Of a DNA stretch of 64,000 nucleotides, positions 50,801 through 64,000 are shown piece by piece. Origin of the DNA: Azolla caroliniana. Taxonomy: Eukaryota; Plantae; Polypodiophyta. How positions within the stretch are numbered: the first letter of the stretch is position 1; each line of letters opens with the position of its first letter. The position numbers and the translations under genes were made by a program. The stretch covers positions 36,766,001 through 36,830,000 of the forward strand of contig JBHGNT010000001.1 of assembly GCA_043228905.1 (NCBI GenBank), given 5' to 3'. The notes below the pieces were generated by a model. It saw only the letters and a list, made by a program, of their open reading frames with translations, was not told where the DNA came from and did not search any database.

Positions 50801-53800
50801 CTACAACAACATTGGCTAATTTTGTCTAGCCATCCAAACACCCATGTGGGTGCATCGGTATATGGTTCGTTGTTTTATTCATTAGCAATGAGCACACACA
50901 CACCCCATCAAATACGTATAGAGGTGTTGATTGAGTCTTCATTTTATTGAGTTGTTTATTTACTTACTAGCACTAGGTCAAGTTTTGTGACCTTGTAACT
51001 TGTTAACTTCATCGGGAGCCCATGACAAGAGGGTGCCATGTGTGATGGTGTCATGAGCATGGCCCACACCTGCATTGGTGTGTAGTTGCAATAGTAACCA
51101 CTAGTCTAGATCATTGAAAATGTCATATTCCTATTATTACTATATGACATGTTAAAACATTTCATAAGAGTCACATAACTCAAGTGGAAAAGATTTATCT
51201 ATCAACATGAATAAGGGGGGAAACTAATTTGGTCCTCCAAAGACAACTACTTTTATAATCTGTCTATTCAAAACACGAGATAACATGTGCAATAATTGTC
51301 ATAGTACATGCACGATTATATAATTATTGTACTTAACAACATAGGTTGCTAGTTAGTAGCAATCAATAAGGACAAATCTCGTCGTTTAGACATAAATAGC
51401 ACATGAAGAAACATACATAGTAATGGAATATGTCCCACACATTTTAATTTTTAGTATTTAAATTTCAGGAATTTGAATTTTACTATGATCGGAGACCATC
51501 GTAAATCAACAATTAGAACTTACCATCTCCAAATCAATAATTAGAACTTCCCATGTGCCATTCCTTTGTAATACAACATTTGTCACAATGCATTTCACAT
51601 CAAATACTTCATAAAAAACAATGGTTAGTGAGAATAGATTCATCATTGTTGTACGTATTGAAACCATTTCACAGAAAATCTTTTGCATCTGGGTCAAATT
51701 TACAAAGGTGAATATGCATGAAGCGTTTGACACACATATGCTCGTATTGTCCATGTATCTCAAAATGATATAATAAATTTGATTATCACGATGTGATTCT
51801 TATAAAAATGATACTTGAAGTTGTAAAGGCTACACAATCATTTTGGATGGGTTCATAAACATTAATTAATCAAGAATAATATAAAAGAGAAAGATGATAT
51901 TTTATTATAATGAGAAGAAAAGACTTAGTATTTGAGATTTAAAAAATACACGAGTCTCGGAAAGATTGTTGTAATCGCAATGAATGGAAGATGGTTTTTG
52001 GCGCGTCCCTATCATTATTTGAATATGCAATAGGGTTTTCTAAGATGAAGAGTATTAAAATCAAATATCTCCGAAAAAAAGTAGGTTTTTTTATATTTGT
52101 GGTCATGAAGACACCAAACAAGACCAAATATGAAGAGATACCAAGAATAGATCAAACGAGTGAAATGCTTTGACGTTTAATAGATGGGTCCAAAGAATAT
52201 ATGAATTTGATTGCTGATGACAACATATTGTTGATTAATGAAATATGCAATGCCATTTGTGTAGAAGCATCATCTTTCTATAATAATTAATCGTATTTCG
52301 GTAGGTAATTCTTTTTCTTCCATGGTGGATGTGGGTTTTTGAGTTAAATGTTAAGGATTTATAAAAATATATTACAAATTACAATAGTGATTTTGGATGA
52401 ATTAACAATTCTTTATAATGTGGATAGAATGTCTAATTGGAAATTCGCCATTCCTATAATAAGATTGGCATGTTGAGAATGAATGTCCCTTGGAATTATA
52501 GGTACTACATACATACTTTCCGTGGATAACTAAAAGTAGAGGTCCGTATAGAAGCCACCCTCCCCTCAATGTGGATTGTCTATTTCACATTGCCATTCCA
52601 AAAATCTTGTAATAGTTTTGTCCTTCGGGCCTTCGACGCACACACATGTACATGCCTCTCACACCAACAGTTAGCAAAGGTCTTCAAGTAATACAATATT
52701 TTCTTCTTCACCCCCTTTTTTTTGGGGGGGGGGGGGGGGGGGGATGTCTTTTTTATGTTGGGTTTTCGATATTTTTCGATATTTTGTGACATACAAATGA
52801 TAGACCTCGTAAACCACCTTCAACTATTGTAATCCTTATGCCATCAATTCTTTGATAAATGGATTCAAGACACTTTCATCCATATCCCATCATGCACACT
52901 TTATGAACAAATCTTGTTTAGTTTTGTTCGTTTGCCTCCCACCCCAAAAAAACACCTCCACCATGACTTCTTTCCTTTTGACATCCACATTTCCAACATT
53001 TCAAGGCTTTGTTCCATCCAAAAAGGCTTTCTCAATTTCGCTATGAGATTTAGACAAAAAGTGGCAACCACTTTTCGGCTTATATGCTCATGAAGATTCA
53101 AGATTTGAGATCGTTATTAGGTTTAACAAATAGGAGAATATATGTTTGACGAATACAAAAAGTTCCACAAACAATAATATAATCCTTAGAAAAACCCTCA
53201 TTTCCAAAATGTAACGGTGTGCGATTGTTGATTAGAATGCCCATAAAAACTAGAAGCTCAATAAAAACCATAATAAATGACAGAAAATTTTGTACATTAT
53301 CATGCTCACCACATGGCCCAACAGAATCGCAACATATTCATCATATTCAAGATCAGCCCTCATATGCATCTTACATACTATTGAAGCGTCTTCACATATG
53401 TAGGTAGGTAGGCCATCAAAATCACTATTTACAATATGATTGCATTTTATCTCTTGATTTATTTTCACATGTGCATTAAGATTTTTCAACATGTTTATGG
53501 ATTATAGACTATGATCTCCATTCACACACTAGACAAAATCACTTGTTTTATTCTACTTTGTTGAAGAGCATAAATATACAAACAAACAATGTTTTGCATC
53601 AAAATGCATGATATTATAGTGGTTAAATGTCATACTCGATGAGAATATATCATTCGAAAGTAGCAGTAAAAAATTGGTACGCGTCAAAACCTAGGAGTGT
53701 CATGAGTCAATATTCAAATTGTCATAGATTACTTCATTCACAATCCTCGCTAAGAATGTCTACACATTAGAGCTTATTAATGACATGCATGGAAATATCC

Positions 53801-53945
53801 ATTGCATCCAACAAACATGAAATCGTGTCTTTTAAAATGTTGGCCATACAATGTGAAGCAAGCAAAGGCGTGTGTCATCTAGAAAATGTGAATGCAACTT
53901 TGCAATTTGCAACGTCCAATCCATCGCATCGAAAAAGAGATGAGG

Positions 53946-53948
<3 letters not shown>

Positions 53949-54007
<59 letters not shown>

Positions 54008-54310
54008 TCGGGCCATATTTGAGATGGGCATGCCAAATGTTTGGATATTGGATTTGGTCTATGTCAAATATATATATATATATATAATCTAAATAATCAT
54101 AGTTGAAATGGACATTCGAAAATTGTTTGAACATCTGCCATGACGTCATGGACACAAAACCCGACCCATATTTGAGATGGGCATGCCAACTGTTTGGAGA
54201 TTGGATTTGTTCTATGTCAAATATATATATATATAATCTAATTAATCATAGTTGAAATGGACATTCGAAATGGTTTGAACATCTACCATGACGTCATGGA
54301 CTCAAAACCC
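53949..54310. repeat. (AG)n microsatellite followed by a ~150-bp tandem duplication
   Basis: (AG)n at 53949-54004. CCATATTTGAGATGGGCATGCCAA...ATGACGTCATGGAC at about 54013-54160 and 54166-54310. Confidence 0.9.
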
Positions 54311-54745
54311 TAACGCAGCATGTAACCTAACAAATTTGATGAATGGTGTATGAAAGGCATGATCAAACCCAATAGATTTTACCAAGCTATAGAACATTGT
54401 TATGATTTGAATGATATTGCCGTTCACTAGTATTTGAAACTTCTTGGTGTTGAGGAAGTGCCTACTAACTTACAAGAAATGTCTTGGTGTTGAATAAGTA
54501 TCTTCGTTTTTTTCAATCATGTACAATAGCTTATCATCATGTTGAGACCGAGAATAAAGGATGACATGAGCTTAGAATCATTAGTCAACAATCAAGCATC
54601 CATCTCCATATGGACTTATTGACATGTTTTTTGTCATGTGTTTGTGTACCCAACATCATTGATCTATGCTTGTGACATTTCAATTCAAACCCATTGCTCA
54701 AAGATCTTTAAACTCTCTTATATGATGTATAAAGCCAAGCCTCCA

Positions 54746-56135
54746 TGTTGTAGTAACACAAGTTTGGATACTCACCCCTTTGGTATCCGACTCAAGGTCT
54801 TGTGGTAGGGAGCCAAGAACGTAGACGAGTTCTTCTAACGCAACGATGCGTAGATTAAACGAACGAGGTGCGTTACCTAAGCTGATTCCTAAATCAAGGT
54901 GTATTAATTGTGGAGATTGTAGAGACTGTGGACCAAGTCAACGACAATTGATTAGTGACTTGCAATACACAGTAAAGACTGGAGACACTCAACACAAGGA
55001 CCGAGTATACCAAACAAATCTTCTATTAATTGACTGACTCAATACAACCGACCCTTTTGCAAAAAGCTCCATGTCCCTTTTCATAGGGAGCATGGGCAGT
55101 TACGGTTTAGAACGTGAACGTTACTACTTTTTAATTATATTACATGTGTTATGTTACAACTCCCCATCCGGCCCCACTTCGACCCACACTTGTCCTACGA
55201 CCCTTTCCCACCTTGGTCGTTCTGACCGGCCAACAAATGGCATGTATGTGGGCTAGTGCCTTGCATGGTCGAACCCAAAAAATTATCCGACTATGCTTCT
55301 TCAAAGATGTGCAAAATGTTCAACTCTTGTTGAGTTGATTCGCCGATGCCAGTGATGCGTTGTCGGGTGGTGCCGGAGCGTCTGTTGTTTGCATATCCCG
55401 TGCTCTTTGGTCTTGTGTGCCCAATATCTGATCTTATTCGGTGTTCGTCCCTTCTTGACGGGATTCCTCACTCAATATAGCCCGAGCGGTTTGGTCGACC
55501 TTATCCGAGTCGTCCTCCAACTTCTGAGTGGTTACGTCTTTATGTGTTTGCTCAGTTGACCTTGGTTGCAGTTGGTTGCATCCTTCCACTGTTTCTTCTG
55601 TGCCGGTTGGCGCTTGTTCGTCTGCCAGGGGTCTTGGGGTTATCTGGTCAGCCTTCGTTTGGTTTCGTACGCTTCTAGCCCCCTGAATTCTTCCAACAAC
55701 CTTTTTATTTATTCCGAGTGGAGTTGGGCCAAGGACTGGTAATCGTTGGCTAGCTCCTCCTAAATGGATGTGACACTTTCCTCATCGAGCTTGTAGAATC
55801 CATTGCTCTCTTTCTGCCAATTCTCTTGGTCCACACGAAATATGTGCAGTTTGGTTGCTAAGGCCGACAAGGCCCCCCATCCTTAAATTTCCATCGTGTC
55901 GGCAATCTTCTTCAGGGTCAAATTCTTGTGAGTGTCGAGTAGGACCCTGATCCTTTCCATGCCCATTTCCACCTTTGCGCGCATTTCTATTTCGTGTCAT
56001 TTGAAGCGGTTTGTGAAGGGCTAACAAAAACGTTTCTTTTAGCTCCACAACTAGGGGTGGACTTGTTAACTGCCGCCGAAGATTTTGGAAACGTATGAGA
56101 AATTGCGGAACCGTTTCAAGTGGTTCCTAATACAC
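54746..56135 (-). mobile_element. LTR fragment plus adjacent gag-like remnant (Ty3/gypsy-like)
   Basis: 54750-55235 is homologous to 57880-58341 and ends in CAACA. Minus-strand peptide EPLETVPQFLIRFQNLRRQL...ELKETFLLAL (about 56128-56010) resembles the retrotransposon gag major homology region. Confidence 0.55.
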
Positions 56136-56749
56136 CGTTGTCGCGGAAATCCGCGCGTGCGTATCGAATAGGACGGAACCACAGGGGGTCTTGGACTATG
56201 TAGTAAGATGAGGGAGAGAAGCTTGTGAGTTCAACCGAGAAGGAAGAGAAATATTAAGATTCAAGCGAATAAGATCTAAACAAGACAAGATACATTATGT
56301 AAACCCTCTAGATGAAACCCTAACCGGATAGGGGAAAAGAAGAAGAAGAAGAAGACTAATGAAACCCCTAAAACGAGATCCTAAAACCCAAAATTCTAAA
56401 ACCCTAATGGTAACCCAAAGAAACCCAAAAAGTGGAAGCCCCTCAAAAATGGCCCCTCACTCCCTTTTATAGTAGTAAGGGGTGAGGCACATTACATAAA
56501 GAAGAGGTCAACCCCCCCCTTCTTTCAATGGGGGAATATTTGGCCTTGATCTTAGGAGGAGAGATTGATGGAGCCTTAATTCCCTCTCCTCACACACACA
56601 CTATGCCCAATACTCACTACACCCGTACTTCATGTACTCTCCCTTTAGTCTACATGTGCATGTGCACATAAGTGCACATCACATTTACACCTTACAACAC
56701 ATAACATCACATAAGTGCACTTTCAACACCTTACATTTACCCTTCCTTT

Positions 56750-57800
56750 TTCTTTTTTTTTACCAAAAAAATATTGCTTCGCATTAGTTAGCAAACAAAA
56801 TTGCATCATAGAACTCTCAAAATTCCTCTCAACAGCCCTCACTCTGGCCTTCCCACCAAAGTGGACATAGTCCCCACCTCATTTTCAACAAATCTATCCA
56901 AACAACTCCAATAACCTAGTTATTTGTACCATAACTATACAAATTTACAACACCTAGACGTTGTTGGAAACTATTGGGGGAAACAACCATCGGGGTGCTT
57001 GGTAGTGCCATTGAGGCCCTGATGATGATCTACCGACCATAGGAGAATTACCCCATATCAGCAAGAACTTTGATCGAGATCTTTCAGCTGCATCAGATTC
57101 CCCCTTAATCAAGTCGTATCGTCCCCGCAACCAAGAGACCAACTCAAACCAGATATTTATTAATACCTCACCACTAGGGATCTTTTGTTGTTGAAAAACA
57201 AACTTACAGCGGTTGGTCCAAATGTGCCAGACCGATAAACAAGCCACCATCCTCCATATCTCTTCAAAAAATTCTGAGTTAGTGCCAGGTCGAACTCCAG
57301 CCCGTTGAAACACCTTGCCACCTTGCACTATAAATCCATGTCCGTGAGGGTTTAACTATTCAGCCCAACCTTCCCCTATTAACTTCAGCCCCTGTACGGA
57401 CCCCCATACAACTCTCCCATTCACGTCGCATGTTGCCACTATCCGGAGACTTCTACCCCAAATGTTAATAGCCTCGTTACAATTCCAAAAACAATGAGGA
57501 ATTGATTCCAAAGGGTGACCACAAATTTTGCATCCAGCCTCACCACCATGACACCTAAGCCACTCCCCACTGGTACAGCTTTGTGACTAAGAAGCCACAA
57601 CCAAAGCTTTATTTTTTCTGGCATATCGAATGCCCATAGCCTCCTCCAAAATGACTTCAACCAGCCATCAGAAATGCCTTTATCCTTCCAGCTATTGCGA
57701 GTTAGGGCAACACCCATCGATTTAGATCCAATGATTTGCCTTCCTAGCTTGGTAGTGTACTCGAAAAATCGTTCAAGTTTGTCCGTTCCAAGTGCATGTG
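56750..57800 (-). mobile_element. 5'-truncated L1-type LINE
   Basis: PEKIKLWLWLLSHKAVP and WHIWTNRCKFVF. A-rich tail at about 56748-56762. Same family as 58650-60590. Confidence 0.88.
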
Positions 57801-57802
57801 CA

Positions 57803-58341
57803 TGTTGCACATCCCCATTTTATCCATCCCACTTGGTTTTCTCACCATGGCCGAAAATCCTCACGACATCGGCGTATACTAACACAGGTTCGGATACTCG
57901 CTCCTTTGGTATCTAACTCAAGGTCTTGTGGTAAGGAGATGGGAACATGGACGAGTTCTTCTAGCGCAACAATGCGCAGATTAAACGAACGAGGTGTGTT
58001 ACCTAAGATGATTCCCAAATCAAGTTGTATTAATTGTGGAGACTGTGGACCAAGCCGACTACAACTGACTGGTGAATTGCAGTAAAGACTAGGGACGTTG
58101 AACACAGGGATCGAGTATAGCAAATAGATCTTCTGTTAATTGATTGACTCAATACAACCACCCCTTTTACAAAAAGCTCCATGTCCCTTTTCATAAGGAG
58201 CATGGGCGGTTACATTTTAGAACGTGAACTACTACTACTACTTTTTAATTATATTACATATGTTATGTTACAACTCCCTGTCCGGCCCCACTTCGACACG
58301 CACTTGTCCCTACGGCCCTTTCCCACCTTGGCCGACCAACA
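57803..58341. mobile_element. Solo LTR
   Basis: TGTTG...CAACA inverted ends. Flanks GTGCA/ATGCA give a 5-bp TSD with one mismatch. Homologous copy at 54750-55235. Confidence 0.8.
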
Positions 58342-58649
58342 ATGCATTTAGCTTAAGATATTGTTTAAAAGTAATTGTTACATGAAATGCACCCATTTTG
58401 TCCAATCTAATCATCAAGCATCTTTAAACTTCATTAAATGATATATAAAGGCAAACTTTCATATCATGCTTTAGCATGAGATGTTTAAAATAGTTAAGTT
58501 TCTTATTGATTGGAGGGGTTAGTCTAGACACTAGAAAGAATACCATCAATGGGAACCCACCCTTCATTGGCACAATATTAGAAGCATCACGAGCATTTTG
58601 GTACACCCAAACATTGTCCTTTTCTACTAGTCTGCATGAGTAGCCAATA

Positions 58650-60590
58650 TTTTTTCTTTTCTTTTCCAAAAAAACACTACCTTGCATTAGTTAGCAAATA
58701 GAATACAACATCGTTTACCCAAATCCACAATGGGATCAACATATACAACTTGGAGGAACAACTCCAAAACTATCAAACAAAAACAGCAAAAACTCAATTG
58801 ATCCTTAACTCAAACAAAACTGAAATAAACCCTATTTTACCCCGACTCTACATTTACCAACTAACTCTTTTCTAACAGCATTATCCGGGTAACATGACTA
58901 TACTAACCCACGTTTGCGTCAGCTATACATACATAATTACAACCCATGTACAATATTGGGAGCCATCGGTGGAAATAGCCACCTAGGCGCTTGGTAATTC
59001 CACTTAGGCCTCGATGAAGATTTTGACTATCTTGGGAGAGTTATTCCATTTCAGCAAGAACTTTGACATTGCCCTTTCTGCTTCTTCCGATTCCCCCTTA
59101 ATTGAATCATACCGACCGCTCAACCAAGCCACAAGATCAAACCAGATATTTAACATCATCTCCCTGCATGAGAGCTTTTGTTGTTGAAAAACAAACTTAC
59201 AACGCATGATCCAAATGTGCCTAGCCGTTAAACAAGCCATCATAAGCCAAATCTCCTCAAAAAATTCAGAATTTGTGCCCGATCTCACCCCATCACATTG
59301 GAACACGCTACCACCCTACATTATAAATCCATGACCTTATGGGTTTAACCGTTCACCCCAGCTTTCCCCTTCTAGAGACAATCCTTGTATTGAGCCCCAC
59401 ACAACATTCCCTTTCACACCACAAGCTGCCACAATTCCAAGGCTTCTACTCCAAATGGTAAATGCCTCTGTACAATTCCAAAAATAGTGAGAGATTGATT
59501 CCAAAGCATGTCCACATAACTTACAGCCAACCTCACCACCACGAGAACTCAACCACTCGCCTATAGGTATCGTCTTGTGGCTAAGAATCCACAACCAAGT
59601 CTTAATTTTTTCTGGCATATCCAATGCTCGTAGTCTCTTCCAAAACGACTTCAAATCGTCGTCTGAAATGCCTTTATCCTTCCAACTATTGCGAATCATT
59701 ACAACACCCACGGTTATGGAGCCAATGATCGTCTTCCTAACTTGGTATTGTACTCAAAAAACTTTTTCAACTTGTTTGTTCCGAGTGTCTGCCACCATAC
59801 CTCTAAGGGATCCCACTCCAAATCATGTAAGGGCTTGTTATCGAAAAGCCATATTTTACAATCATGATCCGTGTCTTAGGGTTTGGGTTCAATTGCCACC
59901 TCCTACCCTCCAACACTGCCACCCACACAGCCAACCACCTACCATTATTTGTCAAAGAAGTTAGGTTACCCCACAACTGATCCTCGCTAGTTGAGCACCT
60001 ACCACGGATAAGTTGTGTGTCACCCTCACCTACAAACCAGCCTGACCAAACTGCCTCTTCCGCAGTCAACTTACCTAATCCATCAACAACCCCTTCTATC
60101 AGATGGGTCACCTTCTCTAGTCTTCCAGTAATCTTACAACTAACAACCTGACCCGCCTGCCTCTTCATGTCGAAGACCTCCCAATCGTGTATCGACCTAA
60201 TCTTGTACCCTAGCATCCTCCCCCAAGGCAAGTACTTTTGTTGTCCAAGCATCATACCATCTTCACTTCGAATCCTAGTTTTCCAAAACAGCGGTAGTCA
60301 TAGCTATTCATCCCGTGTTTTCGGTTGCATTAAGACCAAACTTGACCATGCCTTCATTATGGTGCGAACCACCCTATCCTCCATGCTAGCTGGTTCTTTC
60401 AACTTTAGAGCTGGACTGAACAACCACCATGTATTTGCCTGCCAAGGACCACGATTCCTAGGACACCAAAGGTCAACTCTATTCCTAAGGAGCACCTTCC
60501 ATAATTCTGGTCTGGGTTGCAAACTTCGCACCAAAAGCTTACCAAGTAGAGCCTTACTTTGGTGAACCAAATCCACCAGTCCAAGTCCTC
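58650..60590 (-). mobile_element. 5'-truncated, decayed L1-type LINE
   Basis: GLGLVDLVHQSKALLGKLLVR, PEKIKTWLW...CKLC...HYFWNC, HIWIMRCKFVF. A-rich tail at about 58650-58665. Confidence 0.88.
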
Positions 60591-61021
60591 CCTGATTCTT
60601 TGTCTTATTATTTCTAATGGCAAAACTTTGAAATAGCCCCTAATTTAACGTTATTTCCTCAAATTCCCCTAAACATGTTCAACTCCTCAAATGCTACTAA
60701 CCCATGTTTCTTGTTTTCCCTAAATGCCTTTGGTGAATCCATTCTTGAGTATTATTAACTTATTTGAGCAATAGGGTATTGACAAGTTGTCCTCTTCATC
60801 TTCGATTATATGTGCTATTACAGTAGTTTATATACTCCCTTCTATCTCATTCACAATTGACCACGGTCATTCTAATAACAAAAATATATTTCAGAGTTTT
60901 GGGTGTTATTATTTAGAACCTAGTTTCAATAATTATGTGGTCAATCTACTTCCCTCGGTAACCTTGGTAAACCTAATGTTGAATGTTATTTTAGCAATTA
61001 TATTATCATGTTTGTCCACTT

Positions 61022-61505
61022 CTTCTTCTTCTTTCTTCTTTCTTTTTTCAAAAAAAGATACTACATTAGTATTAGAAAACGTTGTAAGGCTATACATACA
61101 ATATATGCCACAATATACGCCACAGATCCCCTTTTTTCTAAATCCTAACCATCTGCTTAAATAAATACTTTGGTGCAGCGTAAAACCAATCCACCTTATC
61201 AAAAACCCGTCTATAAAATATACCTATGTCCCAGATGGCATGAAACTCCAATCTCTTAAGATCCAATTGTTGCGTATTACCTTTATACTATCCAACAAAC
61301 TTCTGAGATTATGTACAATCTCTATCCAAATCCTAGAAATTATTTGTGAAAGTCCTTCAGTCACATTTTGCAATACCTTCAGACATCGAGCCTTCCAAAT
61401 ATACCAAACTATAATACTGCTTACCAATTGCCATATTTGAGGTTTATCAATCTCTATTTGTGGATTCAAGGTATCAATTTTTTTCCATCAAACCATGTCT
61501 CACAT
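61022..61505 (-). mobile_element. Short 5'-truncated L1-type LINE
   Basis: ORF 61224-61469 (WYIWKARCLKV). (GAA)n tail at 61021-61048. TSD TGTTTGTCCACTT at 61009-61021 and 61506-61518. Confidence 0.88.
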
Positions 61506-62920
61506 TGTTTGTCCACTTATCTCTTTCAAGGTTGATTAGCAAGGTTTGACGGGGCACATGGGAATATTCATGTCGTTTTGTGCACATGCATTCCCAAATC
61601 CATTTGTAATGGGTCTTGCTCCACCTCCACCACTACAATTTTCTCAAAGAGTTTATTGTAATCCATGCAAAGTGCATATAACTCCCAACAAATCAACCAC
61701 ATCAAAATCATTGTAGACTTGATTATCTCGTGTAAAATATCAATTTTTTACAAAGACGAATGCAATAGATGGTCATAAAGAGACATGAAACATGTATGAA
61801 GGGCATGAATATGTAACTATAAGATCAAGGGTGCCACTTATGAATTGCACTCCAAGAATGATTTTTCATGTGTAAAATAATGTGGATCAATTACAAATGT
61901 ACATGATTACTAGAAAGTGAGCGAGGTTATTCATGGTGGCCTTTCTCTCTACGGAGCTCCATTGTGGCTCTATGTTTGAAATAAAGAAAGAGAGAAATTG
62001 TTCACAATTGTTAAGTCTTGACTACCAACGCAACATAGGCATCGAGCATAAGAACATGACAAACTAGAGGAACAAGTCCTGGAGACATAATAGAAAACTC
62101 AATCAATCACCCAAGCAAGTGGAATAAAAAGGGGAAGTGAACAAGGGTTCATAAAAGTTAGTTATTGCATTTACAAAGAATTAATGCAAGATTATTGATA
62201 ATTGGTGGACTAGTCAATGGTTTGCTTGTTATCATAGTAAATTGACTTGAGGTAGAGAATCTCCTTGTTATCTTGCAGTTCTGATAAGATAACAATTTGG
62301 AGACCCTACACAAGGAAATCAATGGGGGGGTGGGGAGAGAGACAGAGAGATAGAGAGACAGAGAGACAGAGAGAGAGGATGGCATGTTGGAACACGATTT
62401 GAACTTCTACATTTAACGTAATGTAGAAAATTAAGGGCACAATCCATGTGCAATCTATTGCATATTTGCATGAATAATGCATCCATCTCTCATATTTCCC
62501 AAAAAATGGACATCGTGGCTGAATAAATGGACATCATAATGATGAATCGCAATCATAAAGACAAATTAAACTAAACTCTTCTTCATTGGGCATGTGCAAA
62601 ACATCTTTTAATGTCACAACACCAACATTAAAAAAAAATATCCTTGACTTATTAGGACACATTGTTGGCACACATAAGAACCACCCACAAAAGCACATTG
62701 TTGCACATCACACAATATCTAAACCTAGAATGTGTGTGTCCTAGGTAAAAAAATGCCAGATGGAGAGATGATGATCTTATGTGATGGATTTTTAGTCTAG
62801 ACATTCTAAAGAAGGGAGGTATTTATGTTATACCAATTTTTTATTTTTAGGGTTAAAGGGGGAAAAGGATCAACCAAATGAAAACAACAAACTAGCTACA
62901 ACGATATGCAAATGAGTGAG

Positions 62921-63118
62921 ATTATTTGGTTATGTCCCAGGATCAATCAATATTGGAGTAAGTTGTTTTTATTGCTCAGACAACACTATTCTCGTTCAAT
63001 TTTCCATTGGAATGCAATATTATTTGGTTATGTCCCTGGATCAAGTAATTTTGGAGTAAGTTGTTTTTATTTCTGAGACAACACTATTCTCGTTCAATTT
63101 TCTCTTGGGGTGCAGTAT
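62921..63118. repeat. 98-bp tandem duplication
   Basis: TATTTGGTTATGTCCC.GGATCAA...GACAACACTATTCTCGTTCAATTTTC at 62923 and 63021. Confidence 0.9.
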
Positions 63119-63196
63119 TATGGGGTGTCCTTCATGGACAGATTATGAGGTATAAAATTACGCATGCTTCTCATGTTTTTATACGAGTGCAAAAAT

Positions 63197-63430
63197 TGTA
63201 ATGACAGAAATCACAGAAGACAAAATTAAAATAGAGAGAGACACAAGGTTTAACGTGGGAAAACCCTGGAAAGGGAAAAACCACGGAAGTCCACTAACTC
63301 CGAACTATATCACTATGGTAAGAGGAATATACACTGGAGACTCTAAGGCAACAACCTTGAACTCCTCCTCATCTAACAGACGGTTTTACATGATCAATAT
63401 GAAATCTATAGGGTTCAGATGATGTTTTGT
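63197..63430 (-). mobile_element. LTR fragment related to the 40226-41071 solo LTR
   Basis: ACACAAGGTTTAACGTGGGAAAACCCT..GGGAAAAACCACGG matches 40330-40380 (ACACAGGAGGTTTACGTGGAAAACCCC..GGGAAAAAACCACGG). Confidence 0.6.
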
Positions 63431-64000
63431 GGCAACGGCAAATGGCCTTTAAGAACCGATGGCAGGGACTTCACTTATTTTTGGATACGACTACTAGTCT
63501 AAAGTGGAATTATGCCATTAACTTCTTTTATGTTGCATAGTTGATAGTATTGTTCTACTTGTTTCATATATGACATCATCTGTTTGATTAGATGCGTATA
63601 CTAACTCTTGTATCGTACAATGAGAAGTGAGATGAAATGTCTCCTTCTATTTTTTCTACGTACAGTTTTCAAGTAATATTCTAAGATGCAACTTTCTTTA
63701 CAAATAAAAATAAAAATTGAGCGAGGTTATGGAATTGGCATTATTAAACAATAATAATTATATGAGTGAGTATAGTCCCTCATGTATAAACGCTCAAATG
63801 GGTGTCCACACAACCAAAACCCTCCCGTGCAAGATGGGATGCTCATACCAAAACTACCTCAAACGAGTAAAGGAATGAATCCAACATACTTTTCCAAATT
63901 CAACTCCTTCCATTCCTAGTTCAATCTTATAGAAAGTTCGATTGTCCAACTTAGGATTGGGGATTCACCATATCACTTCTATGAGAAAGATGATGAAAAT

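Larger units (their letters stand above)
48400..54740. other. Decayed AT-rich TE-like DNA with minus-strand ORF remnants
   Basis: No intact ORF. CG-depleted. Short subterminal-like repeats AAAACC...GGCT at 48541-48590. Interrupted by an L1 fragment and SSRs. Confidence 0.35.

Noticed and set aside
52716-52744. Poly-T/poly-G run (also poly-C at 49882-49896)
   Set aside because: Simple homopolymers with no further structure. The length may be a sequencing artefact.

Overview
AT-rich eukaryotic nuclear DNA from a land plant. The gene and retroelement style suggests a fern or other non-seed plant (inference). Three intron-containing genes can be rebuilt from splice signals: an ATP-dependent PEP carboxykinase (minus, 18233-12350, 12 exons), a GET4 homologue (plus, 21014-31492, 12 exons, one GC-AG intron) and a two-exon CBS-domain protein (minus, 37053-34933). 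The rest is mostly nested mobile DNA. It holds several 5'-truncated L1-type LINEs (some with clear TSDs), two related Ty1/copia elements, a second LTR family, a non-L1 (RTEX/L2-like) LINE, a hAT-type MITE and many local tandem duplications. One copia is full-length but decayed and carries a LINE in its 5' LTR and a solo LTR in gag. The most unusual signals are a transit-peptide-like first exon on PEPCK, heavily decayed ORF remnants resembling an amino-(N4/N6) DNA methyltransferase in TE-like DNA (speculative), the non-L1 LINE, and a 3'-terminal motif shared by six L1 ends. All coordinates were read by eye and no database searches were run.
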